A stretch of 64,000 nucleotides of DNA from Opitutaceae bacterium (GTDB lineage: Bacteria; Verrucomicrobiota; Verrucomicrobiia; Opitutales; Coraliomargaritaceae). Shown here piece by piece: positions 26,862-37,410 of the stretch (the first letter of the stretch is position 1; each line of letters opens with the position of its first letter). The notes under the pieces were generated by a model. That model worked only from the letters and a program-made list of their open reading frames with translations, was not told the DNA's origin and did no database searches. Position numbers and translations under genes: made by a program. The stretch covers positions 576,001-640,000 of the forward strand of contig JBPOFY010000001.1 in NCBI GenBank assembly GCA_051252375.1. Direction: 5' to 3'.

Positions 26862-28616
26862 ATGGCTATATTTAAGCAGTCCTCATTTTTCCTCCCCAAT
26901 CGAAGCACAGGTGCCGTAAAACGCGTTTTTATTGTTTTACTCATCGTGATCTTATGCGTCGGCGTGCTTGGCGGAGCTTGGTTTTTAACAAAGCTGGGTC
27001 CTCAATCAGTGGATTCCCGGACGATTAACCAAGATATCGAAGTTTCCGAAGAGGTGCTTGCTCTAAAGGCCCGCAGCTTAGAGCTCGAAGCCCAGTTTGA
27101 GGAAGTGCTGGCGATTCGAGATGCGAACCTGACAGATGTTAAATTGCTGAAAGAGGCATTGGATCTTCAGGTGGAGTATCTGGACAAGTACCCCGGCGTT
27201 GATTCTGACGCGGTTAGCCGGCGGATAAATTTGCGCAAGCGTTACCAAGACCTGGCGGCAAGTAGTTTGCTTGAGAGCAGTCGTCAGTTGGAGCAGGAAG
27301 CTCAAGAACTAGCTAAGGTAGAGGATTATGAACTAGCCCGCGCGAAATACGGCGAAGCTTATGAGCAGCAAAAAAAGATTAATGAAGATTTTCCTCTTAG
27401 TCGTGCATACAATATGGGACGAGCGACCCGGCTACAGCGACAAGCCCGCTATTTGACAGCGCAGCCGCTCTATGAGCGTAGTCAAGAAGCAGAGGTAGAA
27501 GCAGATGTGTTTATTGAGAAACATGAATGGATAAAGGCGGAAGAACGTCTACAGGTAGCGATTGCGATCCAGGACGATCTCAATCGTGAATACCGTGGAA
27601 CGAATCAAGCTAGTGTGGCGCGGTTAGAGCAAATGCGGGTCAAATTGGTAGGTATTCGTTCAGGGCAGAGCTATTTGGAGGTCGAGCGTGTTGCTGACCT
27701 TGCAGATGCGAGTCGTGCGGCGGGTGAAAACTTGGAGGCGGCTAGTTTATATTTGGAGGCATCGCGCTTACAGCGACTATTGAATGAAGAATATACGGAC
27801 AGCCTTTACGCATCTTCGGAACGTGTGGCTGAATTTCAACGCAAAGCTCAAACTTCAGAAAGCTTTGAGCTCGGTTTGGAGATTGAGCGGAATCATAATC
27901 ATTTGAAAGAGTTGCTGGCGGCCCGCCGCACCTATGAAGCGGCTGAGGTGATTGCTGCGCTGCGTCGTTCGATTCAGCAAATGGAAGATGCATATCCGCG
28001 CAGCTCGCTGAACGACGAAGAGCTTCAAGTGAAGGTGCGTTACTTAAACCTCGTTCAAAATGACCTCGGGTTTATTCAAGATCGTGTTTATGATGCATTG
28101 CTTCCAATCCCAGAGGAAGAGGAGTGGAAGATGTTGCGCACCGAAGTCCCTCAAGCATTGTATTCTTTGATTATGGGCACAAATCCTAGCCGTAATGAAG
28201 GAGGCCTAAATCCGGTGGATTCTGTAAGTTGGACTGATGCAAAAACATTTTGTGAACGCCTTTCATGGATCCTTGGAAAGCCGGTTCGCCTGCCCACGGA
28301 AAATGAATTTCGCCAAGCATTGGGTCGCTTGAAATATGTGGTTTTGGAAGATCACGTCTGGAGTGTTTCTGCTTCAGGTGGGATTTCGCAGCCAGTGTCG
28401 AAAAAGCAGGCTTTGGCGAGTGGTTATTTTGATTTGCTCGGCAATGTGAGTGAATGGCTAGAGTCGATAGATCGCTATGAGGATGAGGATGCGCGCCATA
28501 TCGGTGGACATGCTCAGGATCGGCTGGAAGCCATTTTTACGGTGCCTATGCGCGAAGCACCCAGAGGCGAGCGTAACCGTATGACGGGGTTTCGCTTCGT
28601 GGTGAGTGCTAATTGA
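26862..28616 (+). CDS. Membrane-anchored helical-repeat protein with C-terminal FGE/SUMF1-like domain
   Basis: N-terminal TM helix; C-terminal TEVPQALY..MGTNPS, PVDSVSWTDA, RLPTENEF, FDLLGNVSEW, GFRFV. Confidence 0.8.
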   Translation: MAIFKQSSFFLPNRSTGAVKRVFIVLLIVILCVGVLGGAWFLTKLGPQSVDSRTINQDIEVSEEVLALKARSLELEAQFEEVLAIRDANLTDVKLLKEALDLQVEYLDKYPGVDSDAVSRRINLRKRYQDLAASSLLESSRQLEQEAQELAKVEDYELARAKYGEAYEQQKKINEDFPLSRAYNMGRATRLQRQARYLTAQPLYERSQEAEVEADVFIEKHEWIKAEERLQVAIAIQDDLNREYRGTNQASVARLEQMRVKLVGIRSGQSYLEVERVADLADASRAAGENLEAASLYLEASRLQRLLNEEYTDSLYASSERVAEFQRKAQTSESFELGLEIERNHNHLKELLAARRTYEAAEVIAALRRSIQQMEDAYPRSSLNDEELQVKVRYLNLVQNDLGFIQDRVYDALLPIPEEEEWKMLRTEVPQALYSLIMGTNPSRNEGGLNPVDSVSWTDAKTFCERLSWILGKPVRLPTENEFRQALGRLKYVVLEDHVWSVSASGGISQPVSKKQALASGYFDLLGNVSEWLESIDRYEDEDARHIGGHAQDRLEAIFTVPMREAPRGERNRMTGFRFVVSAN

Positions 28617-28684
28617 CGAATTATTGACGGAAAATAGTTAAGTTCGCATTGCGTGTAACAAATGGGACGGTAGTGTTGATTGCT

Positions 28685-28825
28685 ATGCAACAGACTGTGA
28701 AGACGTCAGACTCGGAGCTTTTAAAGCGTGCGAGTCGTACACAATTTATCATCTATATAGTAATGGGTGTTTTGATGATTGTGCCTATCGTGGTTGTTTG
28801 GATGACTGGAGCATTACAATTTTAA
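28685..28825 (+). CDS. Small single-pass membrane protein (46 aa)
   Basis: MQQTVKTSDSELLKRASRTQFIIYIVMGVLMIVPIVVVWMTGALQF*. Below the ORF-track cut-off; fills the gap and ends 8 nt before the next ATG. Confidence 0.6.
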   Translation: MQQTVKTSDSELLKRASRTQFIIYIVMGVLMIVPIVVVWMTGALQF

Positions 28826-28833
28826 GGTAGGTT

Positions 28834-29856
28834 ATGAATAAAACGATTTTCACCATCCGGATTTTCTTTCTTGTTTTCAGTCTGCTCGGCTGTGTACTCT
28901 TGAGCCATGTGATTAGCGAATGGTCGCTCATGCCAGTCTTGTTTGTGGGAATGAGTGTCGCAGTACTAGTTATCCTGACCGACGTGCTATTGGAGGGCTT
29001 TTCACTGCGTGGACTTTCGGCGATCACCTTCGGCCTCGCGGTCGGTGGGCTCGTTGCATATCTGATTTCCAGTTCGCCACTCTTCGAGCCATTGGAAGAT
29101 GATCCTACTTTGGCTGAGACCCTCTTTTTGGCACGTTTGGTACTTTATATTGTTTCAATGTATTTGGCGACGGTCGTGGCCCTCCGAGGTAAGGATGAGT
29201 TTAACGTCGTCATACCCTACGTGCGATTCAATCCGCATAATGTAGAGACCGCTTTGGCGGTTGTTGACACGAGTGCCTTGATTGACGGGCGAATTGCCGC
29301 GATTTGCGACAGCCGATGGTTTGGGTTTACGCTTCTCATTCCTCGCTTCGTCTTAGATGAACTACAAGCAATCGCAGACTCATCCGACCTCTCTCGCAAA
29401 GAGAAAGGGCGCAAGGGTTTGGATGTTCTCAATCGTTTGCGCAAAATGAAGCATGTGGACCTTCGGATACATGAGAGTGATGTCCCAGACCGCACCGCGG
29501 TGGATTCCAAATTGGTTTATCTGTGTGATTCGATGAAAGCCAAGCTGTTGACGACCGATTACAACCTAGCGAAATTAGCCGAGTTCCATGGAGTACAATG
29601 GTTGAACATTACTTCGCTAATTAAAGCATTGAACCAAGAAGTCTCGGTCGGCACACGCGTTTGCGTCGAGCTGGTGCGCGCAGGGAAGGATGCCGATCAA
29701 GCAATTGGCTATCTACCGGATGGTTCGATGTTGGTTGTCAACAAAGGTCGGGAACATATCGGCAAAGAAGTGCGCGTTGAGGTGGACTCTGTTGTGCCCT
29801 CGTCTGGCGGTAAGATGGTCTTTGCTACATATTTTCCGCAAGACAATGTATCCTAG
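28834..29856 (+). CDS. Membrane PIN/TRAM domain protein (YacL-like)
   Basis: N-terminal TM helices; VVDTSALIDGRI, PRFVLDELQAIADS, TTDYNL, GYLPDGSMLVV. Confidence 0.9.
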   Translation: MNKTIFTIRIFFLVFSLLGCVLLSHVISEWSLMPVLFVGMSVAVLVILTDVLLEGFSLRGLSAITFGLAVGGLVAYLISSSPLFEPLEDDPTLAETLFLARLVLYIVSMYLATVVALRGKDEFNVVIPYVRFNPHNVETALAVVDTSALIDGRIAAICDSRWFGFTLLIPRFVLDELQAIADSSDLSRKEKGRKGLDVLNRLRKMKHVDLRIHESDVPDRTAVDSKLVYLCDSMKAKLLTTDYNLAKLAEFHGVQWLNITSLIKALNQEVSVGTRVCVELVRAGKDADQAIGYLPDGSMLVVNKGREHIGKEVRVEVDSVVPSSGGKMVFATYFPQDNVS

Positions 29857-30009
29857 TGAGTTGGGGAATTGTAAGAAGCTTGTTAAAGAATTTGCATAGT
29901 GGGAATAAGCTTGGCTTTTAGGGCAATGTCCTTACTTCTATGGGTGTAATCGGGGTATTCTCTCAGGTTATTTACATATCATACATAATACAAAAAAAGG
30001 AATATTATC

Positions 30010-30351
<342 letters not shown>

Positions 30352-30381
30352 AGTTAAACTCTGAGTTTGTTTTATCATTTC

Positions 30382-30411
30382 AAGCCGCCTACTTATGTAG
30401 GCGGCTTTTTT
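30382..30411 (+). terminator. Rho-independent terminator after the pilin gene
   Basis: AAGCCGCCTAC-TTAT-GTAGGCGGCTT followed by a T-tract. Confidence 0.9.
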
Positions 30412-32247
30412 ATGTCTACTCGCAAAATTTATTTACCCGTCGCGCTGATCGTTTCAGCGCTGTTAGCCCTATATCTGGGCTTTTTTGCGTATGGCAGCGA
30501 TGATGCGGTGCAGATCATCAAGCATGGCGGCTATTGGGTGATGCTGCTGACATGGGGGTTGTTGGTGCTCAACTTAGGCATACGCCTCTACCGAAGTAAG
30601 TGCTGGGAGGGCTGCGGCTGTCGAATCCGCGAAAATTGGCGACCATTCGCTTTTGTGGGTCTTGCCTCGGTCTTACTCTATGTGATGCAGCCTATGGGCT
30701 ATAAAATCACCATGGATGAGCCGGTGCTTTCAGCGACGGCACTGCGGATGCATGAATATAAGGAGGTTATGACAACCATTCGGGCGCACGACATCCAGGG
30801 AGTTTTCACGCAACTCGATGGCTACGTCGATAAGCGCCCTTATTTTCACCCTTTCCTGCTGAGCTTGATACATGATTTTACGGGTTACCGCAGCTCCAAC
30901 ACCTTTCTGTTGAATGCATTGCTGACCCCTGTGTTCTTGGGATTACTTTTTGTGGTTGGTCGCATGGCTTGGCCACGCTTCGGCGGATATGCATCGGTGT
31001 TATTGTTCATGACTGTTCCCTTGCTCGCGATGAATGTGAACGGGGGCGGGTTTGAACTGTTGAATTTGGTCATGCTCCTAGCTACCGCGCTGGCTGGAAA
31101 AATCTATCTGGAGCGCACCTCTACGGGCACTTTGAATGCTTTCATTCTATTGGGCTTGTTGCTCGCTCAAACCCGCTACGAGTCTGTGCTATATGTCGTC
31201 GCTGTAGGTGTAGTCGTCGCGATCGGGTGGTGGCGCGCTCGGCAAATCATCCTATCGCCAGTGGCGGTGCTCGCCCCGTTGTTGCTCATTCCTTTTCCGC
31301 TGCAGCAAATCATTTTCAGCGACTATCAAGGACTCTGGCAGCTGAAAGATGGTGCAGAGCAGCCCTTCATGCTTGGTCTGATTCCTGCGAATCTGGGGCA
31401 TGCCTTTAATTACTTTTTCAATATAGGCGATGACCAGCAGCCGAACAGCTTGTTGCTGTCGGCGCTTTTCGTTGTGTCCCTCGGGATTGCTCTGCCGTTG
31501 TTTGTAAAAGGTCTACGCTCAATTAAAAAGGCATCTGTAAGCACAATGGTAGCGACCCCATTCATCGTGATTGTATCTGCCAATTTTCTATTGTTGATGG
31601 CATATCATTGGGGGCAAGTGGATGACATCATCGCGACTCGAATCGTCCTGCCGTTCATTCTGCTCCAAGTGCTAACTGTTGTCTATGTGATGGGGCGGTT
31701 GGTCCGATCTGATCGTTTCGCATCAGCTAGTTTGCTCGTTGTATCGATTTACGTGATGGCTTTCACGATCCCGCTTTGCGCACGTAGCGATTTCTTACGT
31801 TGGGTTCCAGATCAACATCAGGTGCTTTGGTTGCAAAAGCAAGTGGTTGAACGTAAAGATCAATCCGTGTTATGGGTGACGAATAAGCACTTAGTCGCGC
31901 TGATCGAAAGAACGCCTGCGATCGCAGCGCTGCATGCTAAGACCCGCAAACAGCAGTTGGATATGCATTTGCAAATGGGGTCCTATGGCGAGATTTTATT
32001 TGTATATCCTATGTCAGTGCACCCGGATGAGATGAGTGCTGAGATGCGGCAGACCAGTCTTGAGGCTGATTTCGACTTAGAGCCTTTGCGTGTCGAAAAA
32101 ATTGGGCGTAATCTGTATATGTGCATGAGTCGCCTGAGGTCTGTGAAATGGCTAGAGGGTGATGCGCACGATTTGAGTATTCCCGATACGGCAGGAATTA
32201 TTGACGCTGAAGCGAAACTGCAGTCCTACGCCCAAACACTTCCATGA
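30412..32247 (+). CDS. GT-C fold (ArnT/PMT-like) membrane glycosyltransferase, paralog 1
   Basis: Polytopic protein with acidic MDE after the N-terminal TMs, VDKRP, GYRSSN, GGGFELLN and TRYE. Start at ATG 30412. Confidence 0.75.
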   Translation: MSTRKIYLPVALIVSALLALYLGFFAYGSDDAVQIIKHGGYWVMLLTWGLLVLNLGIRLYRSKCWEGCGCRIRENWRPFAFVGLASVLLYVMQPMGYKITMDEPVLSATALRMHEYKEVMTTIRAHDIQGVFTQLDGYVDKRPYFHPFLLSLIHDFTGYRSSNTFLLNALLTPVFLGLLFVVGRMAWPRFGGYASVLLFMTVPLLAMNVNGGGFELLNLVMLLATALAGKIYLERTSTGTLNAFILLGLLLAQTRYESVLYVVAVGVVVAIGWWRARQIILSPVAVLAPLLLIPFPLQQIIFSDYQGLWQLKDGAEQPFMLGLIPANLGHAFNYFFNIGDDQQPNSLLLSALFVVSLGIALPLFVKGLRSIKKASVSTMVATPFIVIVSANFLLLMAYHWGQVDDIIATRIVLPFILLQVLTVVYVMGRLVRSDRFASASLLVVSIYVMAFTIPLCARSDFLRWVPDQHQVLWLQKQVVERKDQSVLWVTNKHLVALIERTPAIAALHAKTRKQQLDMHLQMGSYGEILFVYPMSVHPDEMSAEMRQTSLEADFDLEPLRVEKIGRNLYMCMSRLRSVKWLEGDAHDLSIPDTAGIIDAEAKLQSYAQTLP

Positions 32248-34031
32248 GCCAATCAAAGTATGTATCCGTATTGAAGGCACTGCCGGTAGGTCGTGTCTTG
32301 CTAGCATGTCTCGGTGTCTTCGTGGTGATTGTAGGATATCTATTCATTCCCTCCGATCTCGCAGAAAGGGCGGTTCGGTTTGGGGCTTATTGGCCGATCC
32401 TATTGGCTTTCATTGGATTTTTCGCCTGCGCATGTTGTTTGATTCGTTCGGAACAGGTGCGGTTGTCGAAGCTTGCCAGCAAGCTAGGGCTTGGTTTCGC
32501 GATTTGCTTTTTGCTCTGTGTGGGTCTCAGCTTTGTTCATGTTGAGTTAGGTCCCAAGATTCTGATGGACGATGCGATCTTGGAATCGACCGCGAAAAGT
32601 CTTCACCAGAGTCGAGAGGTTTATACGTCGACCTTTGGTCGCTGGGTAGCGAACGATTTCACCATCTTTGATGGTTATGTAGATAAGCGCCCGCTGTTGT
32701 ATCCGTTTGCTGTGTCCTTGTTGCATGATCTCTCCGGTTACCGGAGTTCGAATCCGTATATCGTCAATGTCATCAGCGGTGTCTGCCTGCTCTTTGCGCT
32801 GTCGCTCTTGGGCTATTTCTTAAATGGGCGGAAGGGTGCCTACTTGATGTTGTTGCTCTGGGTGAGTCTGCCGCTCCTGTCGCAAAACGCATCCGGTTCG
32901 GGAATGGATTTGATTAACCTGCTTTTCCTCGTGGGGGTGATTCTGTTATCGATTCTCTATTGGAAGCGTTTGGATGCAGTGAGTGAATCGGCGCTGGCGT
33001 TGGCGGGTGTGTTGCTAGCGCAGGGGCGCTACGAATCACCGCTATTTTTGCTGCCGATTGCCGGAATCATTGTTTTCGGATGGATTCGAAAGGGAGCAGT
33101 GATCTTATCCGCAGGCACTATTTGCGCGGCTCCTTTGTTGTTTGGATTGGCGCTACAGAATAAATTCTTTTCTCAGTCGGAGGCCTTATGGGAGTTACAT
33201 TCAGGCGCGCAGACGCCATTCGCTTTTGAGAATCTCGCGGATAATTTTGCCAGAGCACTGTCGTTCTATTTTAACACCAGCGATGCTTATGCGAATTCAC
33301 TGTGGATCGCTTTGTTGGGTTTTCCAGCAGTGGTCTTCTTGGTGTTGTATTTTGTGCGTGGTTGGCGCGCGATTTATTCAGAGAAACCCGCGCAGAGTAT
33401 TTTTGGACTGTTTTCGCTTTTCCTATTTGCCCACATATTGGTGATTCTGTGTTACCACGATGGGCAATTGAACCGTTTGTTTGCTTCCCGTTTTGCACTG
33501 CCTTCATATCTGCTTTTGACCTCGGCTATTATCATTGTGCTGGGAGCATTTACTAGAAGTCAGAAAGTCTGGGGCGGTTTTGCAGCCTGCACACTTGTTT
33601 TTATCGTGGGCTATACTTTGCCCATGAATGCCAAGGGGGTCTTTACTCAAAGGAACTACGTCGCGAATGAGATCGAATGGATGCAATCGATTGCGGATGA
33701 GCAATTCGAAGAGAGGAGTCTGGTAGTTGATACGTATACCATTCCGTGGACACTACGGCAGACGGCTTCGCTTTCACCGCTCCAAGCGTTTTCGAATGCG
33801 GTTCGATTGTATGATGATTTTGCGTCCGGCAAATATACCTCGATCTATTTAATCGAGCGAAACGAGTATTCGATTGTTGAAAACAAAGTGCAACGGCATG
33901 ACTCGCTCTATCCTGTCGGGGTGTTTGCCGTCGAGTTGCTCGCTCAAAGAAGCTTCGAGCCATACAAGCAGACCTCCATTTATAGAGTTACTGGGATTGA
34001 TCGGTCTGCGGCTGAGAAGCTGTTGAAGTAG
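32244..34031 (+). CDS. GT-C fold membrane glycosyltransferase, paralog 2
   Basis: ILMDD, DGYVDKRP, GYRSSN, GSGMDLIN, GRYE, SRFALP; ATGA overlap with paralog 1. Confidence 0.75.
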   Translation: MSQSKYVSVLKALPVGRVLLACLGVFVVIVGYLFIPSDLAERAVRFGAYWPILLAFIGFFACACCLIRSEQVRLSKLASKLGLGFAICFLLCVGLSFVHVELGPKILMDDAILESTAKSLHQSREVYTSTFGRWVANDFTIFDGYVDKRPLLYPFAVSLLHDLSGYRSSNPYIVNVISGVCLLFALSLLGYFLNGRKGAYLMLLLWVSLPLLSQNASGSGMDLINLLFLVGVILLSILYWKRLDAVSESALALAGVLLAQGRYESPLFLLPIAGIIVFGWIRKGAVILSAGTICAAPLLFGLALQNKFFSQSEALWELHSGAQTPFAFENLADNFARALSFYFNTSDAYANSLWIALLGFPAVVFLVLYFVRGWRAIYSEKPAQSIFGLFSLFLFAHILVILCYHDGQLNRLFASRFALPSYLLLTSAIIIVLGAFTRSQKVWGGFAACTLVFIVGYTLPMNAKGVFTQRNYVANEIEWMQSIADEQFEERSLVVDTYTIPWTLRQTASLSPLQAFSNAVRLYDDFASGKYTSIYLIERNEYSIVENKVQRHDSLYPVGVFAVELLAQRSFEPYKQTSIYRVTGIDRSAAEKLLK

Positions 34032-36033
34032 TCGCTCGTAATCGAGGGTTCGTAATTAGATGGGCAGTCGTGTCCTCGCTTTTTGCAACTAGGAGGGGAT
34101 CCAATGATTCCGCATAGATGCCGATGAGTAAGAGGTAGTCGATTTCACTGCGCATAAATGTGTCGACGGCTTTTTGGATATCCAGGGTTTCGACACCTCT
34201 TATGTGATTCAGTGGATACCACGTAACATCTGGGCGCGCTTTGAAAAATCCGTAGTGCTGGTCATGCCCATGTAAGAAGATTGCCACCTCACTGCTTGCC
34301 GGAAGGTCAGCTAAGAGTTTAGAGGGCTCGCCTTTGTGAAGCTCTGGTCGATCCATTGCTTTCGACCAAGCGTTTTGCTCGGTCGTCAGCGCCTTTTTGA
34401 GGCTCTCGATTGGAGTGCGGTTTTCACTTTTATACAGTTCGCGACCGATCGGAATCAATGGTCGTGAGAAATCGATGCATTTTACTGTGACCAAGAAAAG
34501 AATCGAGAGGGCGCAAAACGCATGGCGTATGTAGCGCCTGTTCCACGACTCTAAGGTGATGGCGAGTGCGGGTATAGTCGCGATGAAGAAGGTCGAGAAG
34601 AAGCGCCCGTTCCATGGCATCCATGAAACTTTAGCGGAGACGATCAGGTAAAATCCCATTGCGGGTAGCAATAGAAAGAACGTTTTAGGGTGCCGATAGA
34701 TGGCGTAAGGAATGCAGAGGAATAGAATGAAGGCGCCGAAGGGACCAAACCATGCCCAATCTTCATGTGTCACCCAAGAGATGGAGAAAGACTCTCTGGA
34801 AGCGCCGGCATCTTCGAAGATGGGTTCGAGGTTTTGTTGGTAGAAGTGATTGAGCGTTTCGGAGTATCTCGACTGCCCAAGCACCTGTGGGGCAATGTAG
34901 TCGGTAATCGTGCCGACTTGTATGACTTGCAGGGCATATCGGGTGCCGTTGGCGAGTGTGCCGAGCATCCCATCGTGTTGTGTGTGGCGTTCGGTAAACT
35001 CATTGGGGCCTGACCACGTTCCATATTGGTTCGCATTCCAAACAAACAACCAAATTTGCGAAGCTATGAGGAAGGGGATGGCGCAGACTAAGCAGAGTTT
35101 GTAGTCTTTCCCTAAGCCCGTGAGAATTCGGATGCATTCGCTAGGTTGGTAGAGTTTGAAGTGGAGAATCGCCAGTAGCCCTAGACCCGGCATGAATGCC
35201 ATGAATGTGGTTTTGATCGAGATGCCGAACAGGCAAAGACCTAAGAGTAACAATAGCGTCCGATGCGATGACTCCCTTGGAAACCGTATGACCAGCAATA
35301 AAGCAGCGGCAGCAGTTGCGACCATTAAGATGTCGTTTTTGACGGTGACTGCTTGAAGAACCAGTGCAGTCAGGCTCGTTAATATGACAGCTGCGGTGAT
35401 CGCGTTTTTGACAGAGGCAAATTGCCGACTGATGGCATAGGCTGCCGCACCGATCGCGATATAGCTGCTCAGACTAAATATCGCGAGGCCGTGGTTAGTG
35501 CCCAGTGCGACGAATGGGTAGAATAAAATGTCAGCACCCACGGGAAAAATGACTTCGTGGTAGCGATTGAAGGCATCAATGAAAAAGCTGTTCTCCTGAA
35601 TGAACAGAAAGACGCGAGGCAGGTGGTAGGCGAGCGCGTCGTGGTTTTTAATCGGCAGGAGTAGGACTTGTAGGAGCGTGTAAAGCAGGCAAATGACGAT
35701 GGGGATCGCGACCCAAGCATATGTTTTCGCGAATTGGTAGATGCGAGCAGTGTCTTCTCGTAGCGCCGCTTGATGCACGGCGATCATTCGACCGCAAAAA
35801 ATAAGGAAGCAAAGTGATAAGACGATGCCCGCGATAGAGTTACCGGAGAGGAAACGTATTTGAAAGATCAGCGAAAAGGCTGCCTGTGTTAGCGGCACTG
35901 CCGTAGCGATGGCGGGGGCAATCGGCCATCGAAGCTTCCGTAGATAGCTATACATGCCTGTAACTGCACCAAGGTAAATGGTTACAAGAAGTATGCCGCT
36001 AGTTAGGCTTAACCATATGGGTGCATTTGTCAT
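33988..36033 (-). CDS. GT-C fold (ArnT-like) membrane glycosyltransferase
   Basis: Polytopic; NHDALAYHLPR, VKNDIL, SIKTT, PWNGRFF. Confidence 0.7.
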   Translation of the reverse strand: MTNAPIWLSLTSGILLVTIYLGAVTGMYSYLRKLRWPIAPAIATAVPLTQAAFSLIFQIRFLSGNSIAGIVLSLCFLIFCGRMIAVHQAALREDTARIYQFAKTYAWVAIPIVICLLYTLLQVLLLPIKNHDALAYHLPRVFLFIQENSFFIDAFNRYHEVIFPVGADILFYPFVALGTNHGLAIFSLSSYIAIGAAAYAISRQFASVKNAITAAVILTSLTALVLQAVTVKNDILMVATAAAALLLVIRFPRESSHRTLLLLLGLCLFGISIKTTFMAFMPGLGLLAILHFKLYQPSECIRILTGLGKDYKLCLVCAIPFLIASQIWLFVWNANQYGTWSGPNEFTERHTQHDGMLGTLANGTRYALQVIQVGTITDYIAPQVLGQSRYSETLNHFYQQNLEPIFEDAGASRESFSISWVTHEDWAWFGPFGAFILFLCIPYAIYRHPKTFFLLLPAMGFYLIVSAKVSWMPWNGRFFSTFFIATIPALAITLESWNRRYIRHAFCALSILFLVTVKCIDFSRPLIPIGRELYKSENRTPIESLKKALTTEQNAWSKAMDRPELHKGEPSKLLADLPASSEVAIFLHGHDQHYGFFKARPDVTWYPLNHIRGVETLDIQKAVDTFMRSEIDYLLLIGIYAESLDPLLVAKSEDTTAHLITNPRLRATTSTASQPQTDQSQ

Positions 36034-36132
36034 CTGAGAATAGCTTTAGCGGTTTTTATTTGAAGGTCGACCTCGATTCGCATGGGTTAATTTGAGTGGC
36101 ATTGCTGCTATAAACGAATATCGAATAAGGAC

Positions 36133-37407
36133 ATGAGTGGAGAAAACGGAAAACTGAAGGAGAGTCAGCTCCCGCGCATTGCGCTGATCACGAGCGTGAT
36201 TGTAGGGGTGTGCTACTTATTCCTGTATCCTGACTTGTGGCTCTATCTGATCGGAGGCATGCACTTTACGGATAGTGCCTATTATCCGTTCCTTGATATG
36301 CATGGACGATTGGCTGCGTTTGAGGGACATCGCGCGGGGATCGATATCTTATATAATCCAAATCCGTTTGATCCGTTTCAGCGGGTGAGCGTGAAGCCCA
36401 CCTGGCCATTGGCACTCACCTTCCTGGGTCTCGGGCCACAACATCTGATCGCCGCCGGGACTGCTGCAGCCGTGGGCCTTGGTGCGATCGTTTTTTCGAT
36501 CCTGAAACCAAAGCGCTGGTTGGAAATGTTGGTCTTGTTGCCGATTTGTTTTTCACCTCCGATTCTTTTAGGTATTGAGCGGGGGAATGATGATATTGTG
36601 TATCTGATTTTGTTGGCGCTGGTGCCGCTGATATTGAAGTTAAAACTATCTGTGCGTTTCTGGTTGGCGTGGCTTGTGATTTTCATGCTCGCCCCAGCAA
36701 AGTATTATCCCGGTGCGGTATTTGGTATTTTCTTTTTAGAAGTTAAAAATTGGCGACAGCTTGGGCTGCTTTTTGGCGCAGGTGTTTTATTTGTTACGGC
36801 ATACTTTTGCTCGCACATGGATGAGGTGCTTTACTTGAAAGAGGCAGTTCCCAAACCAAACTTTTTCTTAGTCCATGGCGCGTCGCTCACATTTGAGGCG
36901 ATTAATGTTCAGGCTTACTGGGGCGCATTGCTGTCGTTGTTATGCGCCATTATTGGTGTGGTGATTGTCGTGATTCCCCGCTGGTTGACGTTGAATTTGG
37001 AGATTAGTTTGCAGCGCTGGTTTCTGCTGGGGTATGCGGTCTTTGCTTTCTGTTTCTTTTTCAACAGCAATTTTGATTACAGGCTGATCTATCTGTTGCT
37101 GATGCTACCGCTCCTTTTTCAGTTGGGGCGGATGCCGGTGTTTTGCAAAGGTTCTGTGTCTATGGTGCGTATCATGGTGCTTTTGTTGATCCCTGCATTT
37201 TGGCTCGAAATTGTGGGCATGCACTACTTCCTCATCCAGGAAAGTTGGACCATTGAGCTGGTTCGCTTTGCGGTGTACTTAAAGAGTGCCATGCTCTGGA
37301 TCTTTCTATTTGGTAGCACAGTGATTGCTGCTACTTTACTACGTTCTAACCTGCGATCATTGGCAGCCGATTTCTATGCTGATTGTAAGCAATTTCGTCT
37401 TAAATAA
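36133..37407 (+). CDS. GT87-like (GT-C) membrane glycosyltransferase
   Basis: Polytopic; LLGIERGNDD, KYYPG, NFDYRLIYL. Confidence 0.65.
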   Translation: MSGENGKLKESQLPRIALITSVIVGVCYLFLYPDLWLYLIGGMHFTDSAYYPFLDMHGRLAAFEGHRAGIDILYNPNPFDPFQRVSVKPTWPLALTFLGLGPQHLIAAGTAAAVGLGAIVFSILKPKRWLEMLVLLPICFSPPILLGIERGNDDIVYLILLALVPLILKLKLSVRFWLAWLVIFMLAPAKYYPGAVFGIFFLEVKNWRQLGLLFGAGVLFVTAYFCSHMDEVLYLKEAVPKPNFFLVHGASLTFEAINVQAYWGALLSLLCAIIGVVIVVIPRWLTLNLEISLQRWFLLGYAVFAFCFFFNSNFDYRLIYLLLMLPLLFQLGRMPVFCKGSVSMVRIMVLLLIPAFWLEIVGMHYFLIQESWTIELVRFAVYLKSAMLWIFLFGSTVIAATLLRSNLRSLAADFYADCKQFRLK

Positions 37408-37410
37408 ATT

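Noticed and set aside
22798..28616. Diversity-generating retroelement (Avd-like gene near an FGE/C-lectin-fold protein)
   Set aside because: No reverse transcriptase in the window, and I found no template-repeat copy of the FGE gene's 3' end.
28654..28680. Sixth copy of the ECF promoter (TGTAAC...)
   Set aside because: No CGTT/CGAT at the 16-17 nt spacing.
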